A stretch of DNA of 38,126 bases, taken from a virus. Lineage: Duplodnaviria > Caudoviricetes. Shown here in pieces: positions 18,481-27,878 of the stretch. Every line of letters begins with the position of its first letter. Position 1 is the stretch's first letter. A program made the translations under genes and the position numbers. The notes beneath the pieces were generated by a model. It did no database searches and was not told the origin of the DNA. It saw only the letters and a list, made by a program, of their open reading frames with translations. Location of the stretch: IMG/VR virus record IMGVR_UViG_3300037470_000177, positions 1 to 38,126 of that record; one strand, 5' to 3'.

Positions 18481-18654
18481 AATAGTTAGTGAATACTGTA
18501 TGCCTGTACATGGGCACAGGCGCAACGATAATCGAAAATCCTGATCGGTTTGAGCCGCAGAGCCGGTGAATCTACTCAAAATTTGAGTGGCACACTTGAC
18601 AAAAACGTCTAGTATATGTGGTGCGACACTACATAAACGGAACGGGAGACGGAC

Positions 18655-18852
18655 ATGAACGCTAAAGAAGCAGATCGCGCCATCGAGCTAGCGAAAGCCA
18701 GGGAATGCGCAGCAGGATGGATGCCGTATACCAATGACGGTGGTGATGAAACTTTCATCGTGACTGTTGTCGAAACAGACACTGGGCGCATTGTGCGCCT
18801 GCAGGACTTCGACGAGGCCCAAGCCTGGGCCGGGAGCGTTTGCCATGAGTAA
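18655..18852 (+). CDS. Hypothetical early protein
   Basis: 65 aa, GGGAG RBS, first gene of the plus-strand block. Confidence 0.6.
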   Translation: MNAKEADRAIELAKARECAAGWMPYTNDGGDETFIVTVVETDTGRIVRLQDFDEAQAWAGSVCHE

Positions 18853-19018
18853 CCGCAGCCTGATACGCAATGAGATACGCCTGGCACGCACTGCGAACCA
18901 CATGGTGGTTCATCTGCGCAGCCTGGGGCTATCTCGCCTGGCATGCCAATGGGCAAAGGGTCGTGACGGTCACATGTGGCTAGCACGCCAGTTCAAGCGC
19001 GATGGGAGGGAGTCATGA
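18845..19018 (+). CDS. Hypothetical early protein
   Basis: ATG 18845 overlaps upstream stop; basic 57 aa. Confidence 0.5.
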   Translation: MSNRSLIRNEIRLARTANHMVVHLRSLGLSRLACQWAKGRDGHMWLARQFKRDGRES

Positions 19019-19305
19019 AAAACTCAACTATGGCCGCTGTGCGTGACTACATCCGCCAGCCTTATGCCTTCCCAGGCGGTTACCCCAAGATACTGATCAT
19101 GGGTGATATGGAAGTCATGTGCAGCGAGTGCGCACGCAAGAATTACCGGCTGATCAGCCAGGCCACCCGATCCGGCCTGATCCATGACAGCTGGTTCGCA
19201 GCGGCTGTCGACGTTTACTGGGAAGGTGAGCCGCTGCACTGCTGCATGTGGGGAGACTGCGAGAAGGTAATCGAGTCGGCATATGGCGAGATTACCGGTG
19301 ATTGA
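19015..19305 (+). CDS. Hypothetical early protein (YAFPGGYP, CxxC)
   Basis: GGAGG RBS, ATGA coupling. Confidence 0.65.
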   Translation: MKNSTMAAVRDYIRQPYAFPGGYPKILIMGDMEVMCSECARKNYRLISQATRSGLIHDSWFAAAVDVYWEGEPLHCCMWGDCEKVIESAYGEITGD

Positions 19306-19369
19306 CAAGTATTGCCCATCCAGCGGGTGGGCAATGCTGGGCAATTACGCCCTTTAGAGGAGAACGAAA

Positions 19370-19576
19370 ATGGCAGAGTATGTAGTTAGCTGGACTGTCG
19401 ATACGGATGCCGAAACTCCGCAGCAGGCCGCACAGTTGGTAGCGATTAAGTATTTCCAGAATCGCATTGCTGCTGGTGATCCGTATACGGCTTGCGTGTT
19501 CAACGTGGTAGATAAGCACAGCGTATCGGTACTGGTAGATCTGGCCGAACTTCACGGTAATCAAACTGAGGATTGA
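19370..19576 (+). CDS. Hypothetical early protein
   Basis: 68 aa, GAGGAG RBS. Confidence 0.65.
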   Translation: MAEYVVSWTVDTDAETPQQAAQLVAIKYFQNRIAAGDPYTACVFNVVDKHSVSVLVDLAELHGNQTED

Positions 19577-19579
19577 AAA

Positions 19580-20542
19580 ATGGCACACCTAATCGATATG
19601 GCCAACGGCCGAGCCAATATGGCGTACGTTGGCGAGACCCCATGGCATGGCCTGGGGCAAGCGCTTACCGACGGTGCGGACTTGGATACCTGGCGGGTGG
19701 AAGCTGGTTTGAACTGGGAAGCGAAGCGCAATGCACTGTACTACCGCGACCTTGAAAAGGTAGTGCGCAAGTCAGAGCGTGAAGTGTTGTACCGCTCTGA
19801 CACTGGTGCAGAGCTGGGCATTGTTTCTCCGTCCTATCAGATCGTGCAGCCAGAGGAGGTAGTCGAGTTTTTCCGCGACCTTACTTCACTGCACGGCTTC
19901 AAGATGGAAACAGCTGGTTCGCTCGATGGTGGCCGCAAGGCATGGGCCCTGGCTAAGACTGGCGGCGAGTTCCGCTTGCACGGTCAGGATCAAGTCGGCG
20001 CCTATGTCCTGCTTGCCACGTCGTTCGACGGCACCCTGGCAACACGTGCCCAGTTCACCAGCGTTCGGGTGGTGTGCAATAACACGCTGCAGATCGGCCT
20101 GAGAGCCGGCAGCGGCATTGCTGTCTCCCACTCGACTGGCTTCGATGCTTCGAAGGTCAAGGTTGAGCTGGGCCTGCTTGAGTCGGCATTCGCTGACTTC
20201 GAACGTAACGCCACTGTGCTGACCGGGCGCAAGGTAGCGCGCAAAGAGGCCGTGCAGTTCCTCATGGATATCCTGGCCGACGGCGAGACTGACGTTGATA
20301 AGCTTTCAGCTCAGAAAGCAAACATCATTCAGAACGTCTACCAACTGTTTGCAGGTGCAGGCATGGGCGCACAGTTTGAGTCGGCCAATGGTACGGCCTG
20401 GGGCCTTGTAAACGCTGTAACCCAGTACTACGACCATACCTATGGCCATAACGCAAACAACCGCTTCAAGTCCGCACAGTTCGGAGTAGGTGCCGAGGCG
20501 AAGGCGAAAGCCTTTAGCCAGGCGCTGAAACTGGCCGCATAG
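19580..20542 (+). CDS. DUF932 family phage/plasmid protein
   Basis: MAH...TPWHGLG, ETAGSL-GGRK-W, SFDG, RVVCNNTL, GTAWG-NAVT. Confidence 0.88.
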   Translation: MAHLIDMANGRANMAYVGETPWHGLGQALTDGADLDTWRVEAGLNWEAKRNALYYRDLEKVVRKSEREVLYRSDTGAELGIVSPSYQIVQPEEVVEFFRDLTSLHGFKMETAGSLDGGRKAWALAKTGGEFRLHGQDQVGAYVLLATSFDGTLATRAQFTSVRVVCNNTLQIGLRAGSGIAVSHSTGFDASKVKVELGLLESAFADFERNATVLTGRKVARKEAVQFLMDILADGETDVDKLSAQKANIIQNVYQLFAGAGMGAQFESANGTAWGLVNAVTQYYDHTYGHNANNRFKSAQFGVGAEAKAKAFSQALKLAA

Positions 20543-20596
20543 GATTGTGTGCCGCACATGGACGTGCACCTTTATTTAAATCCAGAGGAAATAACC

Positions 20597-20851
20597 GTGG
20601 ATATTGAAACTGCGAAAACGTTGAAGCCAGGTATGCGCGTTCGCGTAACTGCTGTGCCAACTGAAACGCACACTGCTTTCGGCATTACGCTCGATGGGTG
20701 GTTCTTCAAGGTGGGCGATGAAGCCGAACTGCTGCAACTTGATACCACCGACGGCGAATGCGATTGGTGGGCGAGGTTCGACGATGGCACCAACTGGTTC
20801 CTTGAACTGGGCTTCGGTGTTGACTATGAAGTACTGGATGGGGAGGCATAA
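20597..20851 (+). CDS. Hypothetical protein
   Basis: GAGG RBS then GTG at 20597. Confidence 0.6.
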   Translation: MDIETAKTLKPGMRVRVTAVPTETHTAFGITLDGWFFKVGDEAELLQLDTTDGECDWWARFDDGTNWFLELGFGVDYEVLDGEA

Positions 20852-20941
20852 ACAACTCGCACTGGAGCTAAATTCCCAGGTAATGCCCATCTAGTTGGTG
20901 GGTATTGCCAGGCAATCTGGCCTGATTAGAGGAGGTGTGCG

Positions 20942-21654
20942 ATGGACTGGTCCTACGCGTTAGGCTTTGGATTGTTCGTGATAGTGGGCAACCTGTTTTA
21001 CTTTTGGGGCGCCTACGAACTTGGATTGCTGTGATGGACGTGCACTGGAGCAAGCGCCTGGCGCCGATAGTTGCGCCAGACCCATTCGAAAACAAACATC
21101 CGGTCAGCCCATGGCTAAAACTGGATATAAAACTACCACCACTAGGATACTGGTGATTTATGAAATTGAAGAGCGCAGCACTGCACGGCTTCCTGCACCG
21201 TGGTGAAGCAGTAGGCCATCCCTTTTACTTCGCTTTGGTCGCAGCGTTTGGCCACGGCCCCTACGCAGTCGCAGCCGGTGTGATGGCACTCATTACCCTT
21301 CTGTTACTGGTAGTGTCAGAGGGGTAAGTCATGGACTGGTTCTTTCTGATAATCCTGGCGCTGGGCTTTATCGCCCTGCTTATCTTTGTCGACCTCAGTG
21401 GTGGTGACGATGATTAAGAAGCGTATCGCTATAGGCCCCCTGCGCCTGAGCGTTACGGACATAGTGCTGATCAAGGTGGCACTTAGCGTCGCCTTGATCG
21501 CAGTATTCTACGTTCCTGCGCCCTGGGACGTCCCACTTGCTATCTCTGCCAATATGGTATGGGTCTGGAGACTGTAATGGCTGAATACGCTGGGCTTGTA
21601 CTGGTGATCGACGTTGTAATGATTGCCACTATCCTTATTGCTGTTATCTGGTAG
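20942..21654 (+). other. Cluster of six tiny, tightly packed ORFs, five strongly hydrophobic
   Basis: Manual ORFs 20942-21034, 21034-21156, 21160-21327, 21331-21417, 21410-21577, 21577-21654. Confidence 0.55.
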
Positions 21655-21663
21655 GAGGTTTAT

Positions 21664-21975
21664 ATGAAGTGCGAAAAGTGTGGCAGTGATATGCGCTGGG
21701 AAGGCCCTTTGCGTACTGGCGGCATGAAGTGCAGCTATTGCGCTTTGCCGTTGCCAGTGATGGAAGCTGAGATACTCAATGCGCAAGTCGATGCGTACAA
21801 ACAGTTGTTCGGAATGGATACTGCCGCTGGCTTCCCTAAGTTCACGGTGCTGGCCGACTACGGCTTGCAGATACATGCCGTGCAGTGTCCTTTCTGCGGT
21901 GAAGACTTCTTCACCCGTAAAGACCGGATAAAGTCCCAGTGCCCAGCCTGCAAATACATTGGAGAAATTGAATGA
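21664..21975 (+). CDS. Zn-ribbon protein
   Basis: Four CxxC pairs, AGGAGG RBS. Confidence 0.7.
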   Translation: MKCEKCGSDMRWEGPLRTGGMKCSYCALPLPVMEAEILNAQVDAYKQLFGMDTAAGFPKFTVLADYGLQIHAVQCPFCGEDFFTRKDRIKSQCPACKYIGEIE

Positions 21976-22184
21976 AACTATCTGATCTGGAATTACTTGT
22001 AAGCGCCATGCGCGAATGTGCAACGACTGACGACCCGGACGTTACCTTTTGGGCACCTGACAGGGGCTTTACAACTTATTCGATCTGCGAGTCAGCAGTC
22101 GAGGAACTTTCTGAGCACACTGTCATCAAAGATGGTATCGCTCAGAAAGGCGACTATAGCCTCCCACTATTTGAGGTGGAATAG
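21972..22184 (+). CDS. Hypothetical protein
   Basis: 70 aa, ATGA coupling. Confidence 0.6.
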   Translation: MKLSDLELLVSAMRECATTDDPDVTFWAPDRGFTTYSICESAVEELSEHTVIKDGIAQKGDYSLPLFEVE

Positions 22185-22400
22185 ATGAACACTGTAGCTT
22201 CTACAACTGGTGGTGCTAATAGCATCACCCTGGGCCAGGTAGACGCCATGATTGCCTGGGAACAGGGCACGCTTGATAACGAGAACACTATCAAGCTGTT
22301 CCAAGGCTTGATTGACAGCGGGCTGGCGTGGTCACTCCAAGGCTGTTACGGGCGCTATGCCAGAGACCTTATACGTGCAGGCTATTGCGAGCGTAGGTGA
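22185..22400 (+). CDS. Hypothetical phage protein (LFQ-LIDSG-AW-LQG-YGR)
   Basis: 71 aa with a motif I recognise from small phage proteins. Confidence 0.65.
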   Translation: MNTVASTTGGANSITLGQVDAMIAWEQGTLDNENTIKLFQGLIDSGLAWSLQGCYGRYARDLIRAGYCERR

Positions 22401-22404
22401 TGTG

Positions 22405-22557
22405 ATGGTCGAGCTAATGGAACTCGTAATCCGCCTGATAAAAGTTCAGGCCGAGATTGCCTCATTCGATAGTCCGCAGCGGTACATGATACAAGAGGCG
22501 GCTGAACTGGAAAGTGAAATCATGCGCTTAGCGCAAAAACTGGAGTTACTAAAATGA
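22405..22557 (+). CDS. Small coiled-coil protein
   Basis: ATG 22405, coupled to the next gene. Confidence 0.5.
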   Translation: MVELMELVIRLIKVQAEIASFDSPQRYMIQEAAELESEIMRLAQKLELLK

Positions 22558-22793
22558 AAATCCCTACTGGCGCTTTAATCGATGTGATCGATCAACTGGA
22601 CGAGAGACTTCACCAGATGCGCTACCTGCATAACAACGGGCCGCGCCCTGGCGACAACGTATCTGAGGAAAGGAAGGAGGTGTACGCACGATTGAACCGC
22701 GACATTGATATGTGTGATGCAAACCTAATTGAGCTGGAGCAGATTCTAGCTCTCGTAAACGAATACAACGAGGCACACAAAAATGAGCACTGA
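22554..22793 (+). CDS. Hypothetical protein
   Basis: 79 aa, GGAG RBS. Confidence 0.6.
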   Translation: MKIPTGALIDVIDQLDERLHQMRYLHNNGPRPGDNVSEERKEVYARLNRDIDMCDANLIELEQILALVNEYNEAHKNEH

Positions 22794-23031
22794 TAAGCAG
22801 TTTCAACTGTACAGCCACCTCACCAAAGAGCAGGCAGACGTTATGCTCGCTGTTCTGGTGAACCTGCACGGCGAGCGCGTGGAAAATTGCGTACGTCCTG
22901 ACGAGTTTGTGGTTACCGTCACTAAAGAGGAGTTCGAAAGTATTCCTGACATTAGCCGCTTGACCATTGAAGGCAACGAAGCCAGCGGCATCGTTACTTT
23001 GAAACTGAAAGAGGTATCTTCTGATGAGTGA
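22783..23031 (+). CDS. Hypothetical protein
   Basis: 82 aa, coupled. Confidence 0.6.
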   Translation: MSTDKQFQLYSHLTKEQADVMLAVLVNLHGERVENCVRPDEFVVTVTKEEFESIPDISRLTIEGNEASGIVTLKLKEVSSDE

Positions 23032-23224
23032 GAAATTCCAGATCGTCAGCCCGCTGGATGTAACGCAGGCAAATCTGTGGCTTGTGATCGCCATCACTAT
23101 GAACGGCGGCAGCATGACGTTCCCGCGTGAAGTGTTTGACGCTATGGAAAGCGTCGAAGTTAACTTCGACACCGACGAGAACAACGATGTTGTCCTTAGC
23201 CTGGAGCCCTACTATGAACATTGA
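23024..23224 (+). CDS. Hypothetical acidic protein
   Basis: 66 aa, GAGG RBS. Confidence 0.6.
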   Translation: MSEKFQIVSPLDVTQANLWLVIAITMNGGSMTFPREVFDAMESVEVNFDTDENNDVVLSLEPYYEH

Positions 23225-23456
23225 AGCCGTTGAAAAGGCGCTGAGTGAGCACGCAGAAGCGCTGAACGCTATCAAGGACATTGATAGCCATGAAGAGCAG
23301 GGCTACGCGTCAGGGCCCATCATCGCCAGTACGGTCAACTTGGCGCCCGGGCAGCTTCTGCTGCAGATGCTGTCAGTGACTCGCCCTGACGATTCCCTGG
23401 CCGATCAGCAACGTACCGTTGGGGTACTGCGCTGGTGTCTCGATAACCGCGCGTAA
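23214..23456 (+). CDS. Hypothetical protein
   Basis: ATG 23214 with GGAG RBS. Confidence 0.55.
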   Translation: MNIEAVEKALSEHAEALNAIKDIDSHEEQGYASGPIIASTVNLAPGQLLLQMLSVTRPDDSLADQQRTVGVLRWCLDNRA

Positions 23457-23498
23457 CAGCGCCGCTGGGCGCAGGGAAGCGCCCTTTAGGAGGATGGT

Positions 23499-23798
23499 AT
23501 GAACTGCAAGCAGGGTGATATGGCCACTGTGGTACGATCAGCAGCTGACAACGAAGGGCGCACAGTCACGTGCCTGGAGTTCGTTGGTGCACCTGGCGTC
23601 GTAGAGATAGAAGATGGGCGCTATATATGGCTACCTGACGGTGACTATTGGCTGGTAGATACTAAGCTGAATGTCTTGAACCAGTTCGACGGACTGATAC
23701 CAGACTGCGTACCGTACGTGCGCGATAGCTGGCTGGTGCCTATCAGTGGCTACAAAGAGCCGCAGCAAGTAAAGGAGGAGGAAGGTGAACCAGCATAA
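23499..23798 (+). CDS. Hypothetical phage protein (MNCKQGD...L-PI)
   Basis: 99 aa, AGGAGG RBS. Confidence 0.7.
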   Translation: MNCKQGDMATVVRSAADNEGRTVTCLEFVGAPGVVEIEDGRYIWLPDGDYWLVDTKLNVLNQFDGLIPDCVPYVRDSWLVPISGYKEPQQVKEEEGEPA

Positions 23799-23900
23799 GA
23801 TTGAATGCCGCTGGTGCGGCTACGCCTGGGACGAAGATACCTGGCACAAGCACTTCACACCGAACTGGTGCGTACACTGTAAAGACCGAGTGGAGAAAAA

Positions 23901-24107
23901 GTGATGGCTAATGTTTACCACGCGTACATCGAGCACCGTACCACACCCGGTAACGGGCGCTACCTGTATATCGTTACGGATACCCTGCAGAACGCGCTGT
24001 CCATCGGTAAGGCACAGTGCAATAACAACGAGGAGGTAACCAGCGTAGACCTTACCGCCCGCGACGTGATCGTCGACCCCGTAGCCGTAGGTTCGGATAG
24101 GGATTAA
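23901..24107 (+). CDS. Hypothetical protein
   Basis: 68 aa, last gene before the convergent hairpin. Confidence 0.6.
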   Translation: MMANVYHAYIEHRTTPGNGRYLYIVTDTLQNALSIGKAQCNNNEEVTSVDLTARDVIVDPVAVGSDRD

Positions 24108-24111
24108 TAGT

Positions 24112-24130
24112 AGGGGGCGCAATGCCCCCT
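24112..24130. terminator. Hairpin between convergent transcription units
   Basis: AGGGGGC-GCAAT-GCCCCCT; weak U-tract. Confidence 0.55.
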
Positions 24131-26274
24131 TACTCTTCTGGTGCCAAGCATATCCACTCAGTGACTTTCCCCGCCCTATCGTTGTTATCTTCCTCAAACA
24201 CCACAACTTCTGCCGCCAATTGAAGTGTACCGATAACCTCAGTCATATCCCTGCGTGAGATATGCAACTGGCGGTAGGCATCGCGCATACGAATCTTGCC
24301 CCCGTTACTATTGATAAGTGCCATCAGCCTTTTAGTTTGCTTTTCGAAACTGCTGTCGGCCATACGCTCGTCGACTTTGTGATAGGTGTTTGAGATAGAC
24401 CAGCGCATGAACTTTTGCGCTTGTTCGTAGTCTGCCATGGTTGCAACTTCACGCCCGTCACCTGCTACCAGAATCGACATAATCTTTGTCGTGTTGTGGA
24501 CGAAGCGGGTGTATAGATTGCCGTGTTTCTGCCGTTGAAGTTCCCAGGCGCTAACAGAAAGTTCCTGTATCGCCTGCTTCACCTCGTCGCTGTACTGAAT
24601 TTGGCGCCCGTAGCCTTCTGGCGTGTAGCCAATCAAATCGCACTGGCGCCCCTGGCGGAAAAATGCGTTCAGCTTGTCCTTCAACTCTTTGGGAATTTTG
24701 GCGTTCGGTTCCAGGCAGAAACTATACTCGGCATCTGGCGGCAGGCTCACAAACACGAAGCGGTTGAGGGTGCCGTCTTCCAAGTGGTTGGTCTTCACAA
24801 CGTCCCATACCTTGTCGGTGGCGCCGCCTATGATCTGCACGAACGGATTCTCTACCGCTGGCAGGCTCTTGGCGCTGTCTGAGTAGGCTTTAGCTGGCAT
24901 GCGCGAGCCGTTGTAGGCTTCCAGCAGGGCACGACTCAGACCAGATCCATTGCCGCCACCCTGCATGCTTTCCAGCTTGTGCGCCATTTCATCCATGCGG
25001 ATGAGGATGTTCGGAGTCACGTTCAACTGCCGGCGCAGGCCAGCTTCCGAGGCGGGGAAGTCTTGGATGCAATCCTTGGCGTCGGTGGCATTGAGCAGCA
25101 TGCCCATGGTATCGAACGCCTCGTTCTTCCCGGTGCCGGTCTCGCCTATCAAGACGATGTACATGTTGAGCTTGCCGTTACGTGAACCGTGCGTGCAGTA
25201 GGGCCCGACCAGCGCCGCAGTCATAGACAGGGCGCAGGCATAGGCAAACTCACAGCGAGGCGTGTATGAGGCAGCGTGGATCCAGCGAGCTATCTCACCC
25301 ACCAGGCCAGGCGCGTCGTCATACAGTTCCTGTGGGAAGGCCAAGTCAGGGTGTGCAGGCTCAGGGATCACCACGTCTTTCCAATCTGAATTAAATCCCA
25401 CCAGCTCGGCGCGCATGCCGGTCATGCTCTTGGCGTAGGCCCTGCTGATTTCTTCCTTGGCAAATTGCAGTGCGCGTTCAGGAGCATCACGCCGGTGGCT
25501 CATGCAGTAGGCCCACAAGGCCGGCGTGTCGACGATAGTGGCCAGCACGTCGTCGAGCGGAGCGCCACCGTCTATGAGCTTGATCAGCAGCCCATGCAGC
25601 ACAGCTGACCTATCCATCTGGCCGGTGCCTTTGCACAGCTGGTTCTGTTCGATGGACAGGCCGAAGTCGGCCAGGCGTACGGCTGTGCCTACGGCCTCTG
25701 GCATGATCAGCTGCTTAGGCTCTTCTACCTTGTTGAGGCCCCATTTTTCTATCTTGCTGAGGGCTTCTGTGGTCTTCACCCTGGCAATGGCCCGCTCTTC
25801 AATGGCTTCAAACGTGACAGTCAGGAACCTGGGGGCCGTGCCAAAGTAAATCTCTGCGTGGTGGCAGGCGGCGAAGGGCACAGTCGAGTCCTTGAACTTG
25901 GCTGCCCAGTGCGCCGGCACCCACACGAAAGCACGCACGCCCTTATGTGATGGTGATAGCTCCATGTACGTGTCGAATGGCAGCTTGAAGTCTTCGAAGT
26001 CCACGTCGTCGAAGTCAAGGCCCAGCAGCTGCCAGTCATCGATCTGGATACTGCCAGTCATCACCAGCCCTACACCTGACAGCCCTGGCGCCTTGGCCAT
26101 CTCTGCTGCAGTGTGGTACGTCTCCCAGTGGGCTGGATTCTTGGTAGACAGGCCGTGCTTGCCGGAGTACGGAACCTTATCGAACTTTTCTCGTTTATCG
26201 TTCCACTGCATGCGGTACGGCACCCAGCGGCTCAGTTCAAACAGTTCGGACAGTGCTTCTATAGCTGTGGTCAT
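24130..26274 (-). CDS. Primase-helicase (N-terminal AEP-like primase, C-terminal DUF3987-type P-loop helicase)
   Basis: GLDFDD and ELSPS-KG-R primase motifs; GETGTGKN Walker A, RMDE Walker B, DGTLNRF. Confidence 0.8.
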   Translation of the reverse strand: MTTAIEALSELFELSRWVPYRMQWNDKREKFDKVPYSGKHGLSTKNPAHWETYHTAAEMAKAPGLSGVGLVMTGSIQIDDWQLLGLDFDDVDFEDFKLPFDTYMELSPSHKGVRAFVWVPAHWAAKFKDSTVPFAACHHAEIYFGTAPRFLTVTFEAIEERAIARVKTTEALSKIEKWGLNKVEEPKQLIMPEAVGTAVRLADFGLSIEQNQLCKGTGQMDRSAVLHGLLIKLIDGGAPLDDVLATIVDTPALWAYCMSHRRDAPERALQFAKEEISRAYAKSMTGMRAELVGFNSDWKDVVIPEPAHPDLAFPQELYDDAPGLVGEIARWIHAASYTPRCEFAYACALSMTAALVGPYCTHGSRNGKLNMYIVLIGETGTGKNEAFDTMGMLLNATDAKDCIQDFPASEAGLRRQLNVTPNILIRMDEMAHKLESMQGGGNGSGLSRALLEAYNGSRMPAKAYSDSAKSLPAVENPFVQIIGGATDKVWDVVKTNHLEDGTLNRFVFVSLPPDAEYSFCLEPNAKIPKELKDKLNAFFRQGRQCDLIGYTPEGYGRQIQYSDEVKQAIQELSVSAWELQRQKHGNLYTRFVHNTTKIMSILVAGDGREVATMADYEQAQKFMRWSISNTYHKVDERMADSSFEKQTKRLMALINSNGGKIRMRDAYRQLHISRRDMTEVIGTLQLAAEVVVFEEDNNDRAGKVTEWICLAPEE

Positions 26275-27599
26275 TCGAAGGCTTCCAGTGTTAAAGACTC
26301 GCCCCGCTGCCTGGCGGCAACGACCATGTAGGCAGCACGGTCTTTCGTGCCCTGCATGATGAGGCGAAACACGCGAATGGTTTTAGGATTCCCTGGCCGG
26401 TTCAGCCTGCCGATGGTCTGGCCGTACAACTCGGCATCTGTGGTGGGGGAGAACCACACCTGTATGTCACAGCCGTTCAGCTGGGCGTTGAGCCCATGGC
26501 CACACGACAGCGGGTGTACCACCAGCATATCCACCTTGCCGGCATTCCACTCTTCAAGGGTAGCAGCGCCGTCGAGCAAGCGCGCGTATGGGTAGCGTTC
26601 CAGTATCGCATCGCGTTCGTGGTCGAACTGGTACACCACCATGATCGGCTCACCCTTGGCTTCATCCACTATCTCGCCCAGGGCATTCATCTTGTCCGAG
26701 TGAAGGTGATCGACGGTGTGGTCGTCCCTGTAAATGAAGCCAGAAGAGAGCTGGAACATCTTGGCTGCCACCCGGTTGCCGCCGCGGGCGTAGGTGGTGC
26801 CGTCGATAGTTACGTCAAGGTCATTCTTCAAGGCTGCGTCGATGTTGCCCTGCAGCGCTTTCACCCTGGGATTGAGCGGGAGGCTTATGTCTATCTCGAC
26901 GGGCTTCTGCCACTCGAATGGCATCCGGTGGACAGCGTTGAAACACTTCATCCTGAAATAGATTTGGGACTCTGCGTCGTGCTTCGGCAGCCAGGCCACG
27001 CCCACTCGGCGCTGCACCTGCACAAAGAAGAACTGCAGGAACGCCTGCTTGTACACGCCCAGGCTTGTGCCCAGGTCGGCAAGGTAGACGTTGCCCCATA
27101 TATCGTGAAGGTGGTTGGCGCGAGGGGTTCCGGTCATCGGCAGGCGCCACTTGAACAGCGGCAAGATAGGGTCGAGGGCCTTGAAGCCTTTGGTGCCTGG
27201 GTTCTCAAGCTTGCTCGATTCATCCATGACGAGCTGTGGGAATAGCTCGGCCAGCCTAGCGCCGTATTCCTTGGCAGCCCACACCAGATTGTCATAGTTG
27301 AGCCCGACTATATCTATGCCTGACTCGAAAATCCTTTTGCGTTCTGCCGGGGTCTTGCCAGCTGCCGAGGCATAGGAATAGGATGGCAGCCATGCGTTTA
27401 TCTCGTCTCCCCACACCATATCGCAGATCCGCACGGTGCCTAGCACCAGGGTGCGCTGCTTGCCGTGGATGAGACTTCGGCGGGCGATGGCAGTGAGGAC
27501 GGTGGCTGTCTTGCCAGCGCCAACGTCAGCCAGCAGCAGTGTTGATGCCTTGGCTATCTGTTTGGCGGCTTCAATCTGAGTGGGTCGGAGGGTTGGCAT
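26271..27599 (-). CDS. SNF2-like SF2 helicase
   Basis: LRPTQ, VGAGKT, MDESS, MTGTP, GHGLN, QTIGRLNRPG. Confidence 0.9.
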   Translation of the reverse strand: MPTLRPTQIEAAKQIAKASTLLLADVGAGKTATVLTAIARRSLIHGKQRTLVLGTVRICDMVWGDEINAWLPSYSYASAAGKTPAERKRIFESGIDIVGLNYDNLVWAAKEYGARLAELFPQLVMDESSKLENPGTKGFKALDPILPLFKWRLPMTGTPRANHLHDIWGNVYLADLGTSLGVYKQAFLQFFFVQVQRRVGVAWLPKHDAESQIYFRMKCFNAVHRMPFEWQKPVEIDISLPLNPRVKALQGNIDAALKNDLDVTIDGTTYARGGNRVAAKMFQLSSGFIYRDDHTVDHLHSDKMNALGEIVDEAKGEPIMVVYQFDHERDAILERYPYARLLDGAATLEEWNAGKVDMLVVHPLSCGHGLNAQLNGCDIQVWFSPTTDAELYGQTIGRLNRPGNPKTIRVFRLIMQGTKDRAAYMVVAARQRGESLTLEAFE

Positions 27600-27608
27600 A
27601 AGCTGACC

Positions 27609-27702
27609 TTGACAGGTTCTAGATGTGTAGTATCATAACACATATACGTTTTTCTTCAACTTTTGATTTTTTGGTTGACAGCCCTTTTTAAAGGTGTATT
27701 AT
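27609..27702. promoter_or_regulatory. Divergent sigma70-type promoters
   Basis: Plus: TTGACA(27609)-N16-TATCAT and TTGACA(27675)-N16-TATTAT. Minus: TTGAAG(27659)-N16-TATGAT with a TGn extension. Confidence 0.6.
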
Positions 27703-27710
27703 GGTGACCC

Positions 27711-27875
27711 ATGAAGACACAAAACGCCATCCACATCTACTGCACTGAAAAGACTCGCGCCAAGCTGCAGATTCTGGCGGCTTCGAGTTTCCGCTCCATG
27801 TCGGCTGAGGTGCAGGCTTTAATTGAACGAGCGTTCAAACAACACATCGCAGACCAAACCAAGAAAGGTGAATGA
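27711..27875 (+). CDS. Arc/Mnt-like ribbon-helix-helix regulator (54 aa)
   Basis: Not in the ORF track. Manual: MKTQNAIHIYCTEKTRAKLQILAASSFRSMSAEVQALIERAF...; RSMSAE-LIE is Arc-like. Confidence 0.7.
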   Translation: MKTQNAIHIYCTEKTRAKLQILAASSFRSMSAEVQALIERAFKQHIADQTKKGE

Positions 27876-27878
27876 GAA

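Noticed and set aside
18596-18625. Sigma70 promoter for the early block at TTGACA 18596
   Set aside because: No acceptable -10 hexamer at 16-18 bp spacing, so not called
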